The notes under the pieces were generated by a model that worked only from the letters and a program-made list of their open reading frames with translations, was not told the DNA's origin and made no database searches. 18,696 bases of DNA from an uncultured bacterium (GTDB lineage Bacteria; SAR324; NAC60-12), in NCBI GenBank assembly GCA_965662845.1, contig CBFIJD010000031.1:1-18696 (forward strand), written 5' to 3'. Below are positions 16,525 to 18,696 of the stretch, in pieces. Position 1 is the first letter of the stretch. Each line of letters begins with the position of its first letter. The position numbers and the translations under genes are program-made.

Positions 16525-16863
16525 ATGATGGACATGGGTGAACTGATGAAAAAAGCCCAAGAGCTTTCCCAAAATATGCAGGAACAACAGGAAAAGCTGG
16601 GACAAGAATCCTACGAGGTGTCGGTAGGCGGCGAGATGGTGAAGATGGTCTTCAATGGAAAATTAGAAGTCCAATCCATCACCATTGACCCAGAAGTGAT
16701 TGACCCCAACGACGCCAGCACCCTGCAAGATCTGCTCGCGTCTGCCGTCAACGAAGGAATCCGTCAAGGACAACAACGTATGCAAAGCGCTATGACCCAG
16801 CAGTTTGGCGGCTTGGCAGGACTCGCTGCCAACTTGAACCTCCCCGGTTTCCCCAAAGCGTAA
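16525..16863 (+). CDS. ybaB: YbaB/EbfC family nucleoid-associated protein
   Basis: MGELMKKAQELSQNMQ, VGGEMVK..FNG, ITIDP, LQDLLASAVNE; SD AGGAGA at 16515-16520; follows dnaX. Confidence 0.95.
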   Translation: MMDMGELMKKAQELSQNMQEQQEKLGQESYEVSVGGEMVKMVFNGKLEVQSITIDPEVIDPNDASTLQDLLASAVNEGIRQGQQRMQSAMTQQFGGLAGLAANLNLPGFPKA

Positions 16864-17705
16864 TGCCCACCGTTCGCACTCCGCCTACTTGGTTTCTGCT
16901 AGAAGAAGCCGCCCCCCGCAGCGGCACGTTCAATATGGCCGCAGACGAGTGGCTGTTGCGCAACTACCGCCAAGGGGCCCCTCCCACCTTTCGTTTTTAT
17001 CGCTGGGATCGCCTCACTTTGTCCTTAGGACGAAACGAGGACTTAGACGAACAATTCGATCTGGAATGGTGCGCACGGAATGGGCTGTCGATTCTGCGCA
17101 GAACAACCGGTGGGCGCGCCGTCTTGCATGGCGCCGACGTAACGTACTCGATCGTTGGCAGTGTGCAAGACCCACAGTTTGGGGGCGGCCCCGTTGAGAC
17201 CTATGAATTCCTCGCTCGCGGTTTTTTCCAGTTTTTTGAAGAGATCGGTCTGCAACCAGCGCTTCAGCAGCGCCGCCCAGCGACCTCCAACCCTTCGCAT
17301 GTGTGTTTCTCTGAACCAGCGGCTTACGAAATTTTGCTCCAAGGCAAGAAAATTATCGGAAATGCCCAACGAATTGTCTCCTGTCGACGGCGCACCCCTG
17401 ACGAGCCTCGCTCCCGAGCGTTTTTGCAGCACGGCTCCATCCCCTTGAATGACCAAATTCCTACGCTGTCTGGAATTTTCCGCAACGCGACCGCAGCCCA
17501 ATTGCGACGAGAAATGACTTCGCTCGAAGCCACAGGGTGCCTCAGTCGCTATTCTTTGCGCGAGCTCCGTGACATCTTTTTGGAGTCGCTCGCCCAAGCT
17601 TATGGCATCCAGTGGGAACGCCGCACTTGGACGCCGGAAGAGCTCGCACAGATTGCTGTTCTGCAGCAAGAGTTCGCTCCCCTGATTGGCCCTGAGGTCA
17701 ATTAG
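16863..17705 (+). CDS. Lipoate-protein ligase family protein (LipM-like octanoyltransferase)
   Basis: NMAADEWLL, RFYRW, RRTTGGRAVLH, VCF..PAAYE, KKIIGNAQ, LQHGSIPL; no C-terminal LplA accessory domain; TAATG overlap with ybaB. Confidence 0.88.
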   Translation: MPTVRTPPTWFLLEEAAPRSGTFNMAADEWLLRNYRQGAPPTFRFYRWDRLTLSLGRNEDLDEQFDLEWCARNGLSILRRTTGGRAVLHGADVTYSIVGSVQDPQFGGGPVETYEFLARGFFQFFEEIGLQPALQQRRPATSNPSHVCFSEPAAYEILLQGKKIIGNAQRIVSCRRRTPDEPRSRAFLQHGSIPLNDQIPTLSGIFRNATAAQLRREMTSLEATGCLSRYSLRELRDIFLESLAQAYGIQWERRTWTPEELAQIAVLQQEFAPLIGPEVN

Positions 17706-17742
17706 CCTCCACCTCCGAGCCCCCCTCCAACATTGAGCCAGC

Positions 17743-17766
17743 CAAGAGTCGCCCTAGCGGCTCTTG
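17743..17766 (+). terminator. Hairpin after the dnaX-ybaB-ligase unit, possible terminator or mRNA-stabilising stem
   Basis: CAAGAGTCGC-CCTA-GCGGCTCTTG 10-bp stem with one G-U pair; the tail is pyrimidine-rich but not a clean U-tract. Confidence 0.4.
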
Positions 17767-17789
17767 CTGCTCTCCTCACTCTTATGCTT

Positions 17790-17990
17790 TTGTCAGAAAA
17801 ATCCTAGATTCTTTGTCAGGTTGTCAGAAAAACTTTCCGAATCTCTTCCGAAATTCGTTGTCAGTGTGAGACAAAAAGACTAACTTCAACGCCTCTCTGC
17901 GCTTCGGGATGCTCCCAAAGGGCTCTCCCAAAGAAATTCATGAGAGAACTGTTATGATTTTTTTTCAGAGTGAGTATTTTTTCTGACAAC
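17790..17990. repeat. Cluster of TTGTCAG(AAAAA) repeats upstream of the histidine kinase
   Basis: Full 12-mer at 17790-17801, 17821-17832 and inverted at 17978-17989; 7-mer cores at 17813-17819 and 17858-17864. Confidence 0.8.
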
Positions 17991-18005
17991 AATGGGGAGG
18001 ACAAC

Positions 18006-18696
18006 ATGCAAAGTGCTCGCACAGAAGAACCAAATCGATGTTGGTCAGAAGTAGAGAAGTGCTTTCAGGTGCTCAGACAGCTGCCACATCACGCGATGAT
18101 TTTGTTTGATCAAGAGGGCAACTGCGGCTGGGCTGGAGGCGAGCTGTGGGCGTCGGAACAAGACGAGATCGCGCAAGCGATCGGGCAGACGCTAGAGAGC
18201 AAGATTGGGCAAAATTTGTTAGCTCGCTTTGGCATAAGGGACATCCAAAGTCTGCAAGACGTCTGGCAGGGCAAAACCAAGCAATACGAGCATCGTCATG
18301 AAAATCGCAGTTACTTGGTGAACTTGTTGCCCTTGCGCAACGACGAAGGCGAAATTAGTGGAGGCTTGCTGCTCAAACGAGATGTCACGCTCAACCGTCA
18401 ACAAATCGAGCGTGAATATCAGTCAGAGAAGATTCGCACACTGGGCATGGTAGCCGCGAACACCGGCCATGAGCTGCTCACGCCATTAGCTTTTATCCGC
18501 ACGCAGTGCGAGCTGTTGCGGCTCATGATTGCCCAGAAAAACTGCTCTTTCGAGCGGATCGAGCGGGAGATGAATCGCATTGAAATGCACACGCAGAAAG
18601 CGGCTTCGATCATCTATGAAATGAAGCTGATGCTCCCTCAACGGCAGGAGGGCAACTTCAAAGAGTTTCCGTTGAACATGCTCATTCATGAGACGT
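18006..18696 (+). CDS. PAS-domain sensor histidine kinase (NtrB-like), 3' end runs off the window
   Basis: Absent from the ORF track. SD GGGAGG then ATG 18006: MQSARTEE...AMILFDQEG...YLVNLLPLRNDEGEISGGLLLKRDVT (PAS/PAC)...QSEKIRTLGMVAANTGHELLTPL (H-box). No TM segment in the visible part. Confidence 0.9.
   Translation, partial: MQSARTEEPNRCWSEVEKCFQVLRQLPHHAMILFDQEGNCGWAGGELWASEQDEIAQAIGQTLESKIGQNLLARFGIRDIQSLQDVWQGKTKQYEHRHENRSYLVNLLPLRNDEGEISGGLLLKRDVTLNRQQIEREYQSEKIRTLGMVAANTGHELLTPLAFIRTQCELLRLMIAQKNCSFERIEREMNRIEMHTQKAASIIYEMKLMLPQRQEGNFKEFPLNMLIHET

Noticed and set aside
17043..17669. 208-aa minus-strand ORF
   Set aside because: Entirely antisense to the conserved lipoate ligase-family gene; no motifs.
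17790..17990. CRISPR array, riboswitch or transposon end
   Set aside because: Repeats are 7-13 bp with irregular spacing; no cas or transposase gene, no target-site duplication, and no recognisable c-di-GMP riboswitch motif.

Overview
Bacterial chromosomal core-genome window; protein styles tentatively suggest a deltaproteobacterium-like lineage such as SAR324 (inference). The minus-strand arm, in transcription order, holds an exported SNase-fold protein, yggS, ruvA, ssb, a Trp-rich hypothetical protein, a GAF/HD-GYP phosphodiesterase and an M23 peptidase. After an AT-rich promoter region come a pentaheme cytochrome c and a truncated Tat-exported molybdopterin-oxidoreductase-fold subunit, the start of an alternative complex III/Qrc-type operon. 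The plus-strand arm holds lptD, a small OMP-like gene, a solitary nuoM, tRNA-Ser(GGA), SRP RNA (ffs), dnaX, ybaB, a LipM/LplA-family ligase and a truncated PAS histidine kinase. No transposase, integrase or CRISPR array was seen, and I found no clear novel multi-gene system. The best signals are: an A9 run in dnaX with stops close behind in both shifted frames (candidate tau/gamma recoding), a repeated TTGTCAGAAAAA motif shared by two intergenic regions, an SRP RNA with a UAAC tetraloop, an apparently catalytically degenerate exported nuclease, a helical insertion in LptD, an orphan nuoM, and an ActB-like subunit retaining a full 4-Cys FS0 motif.
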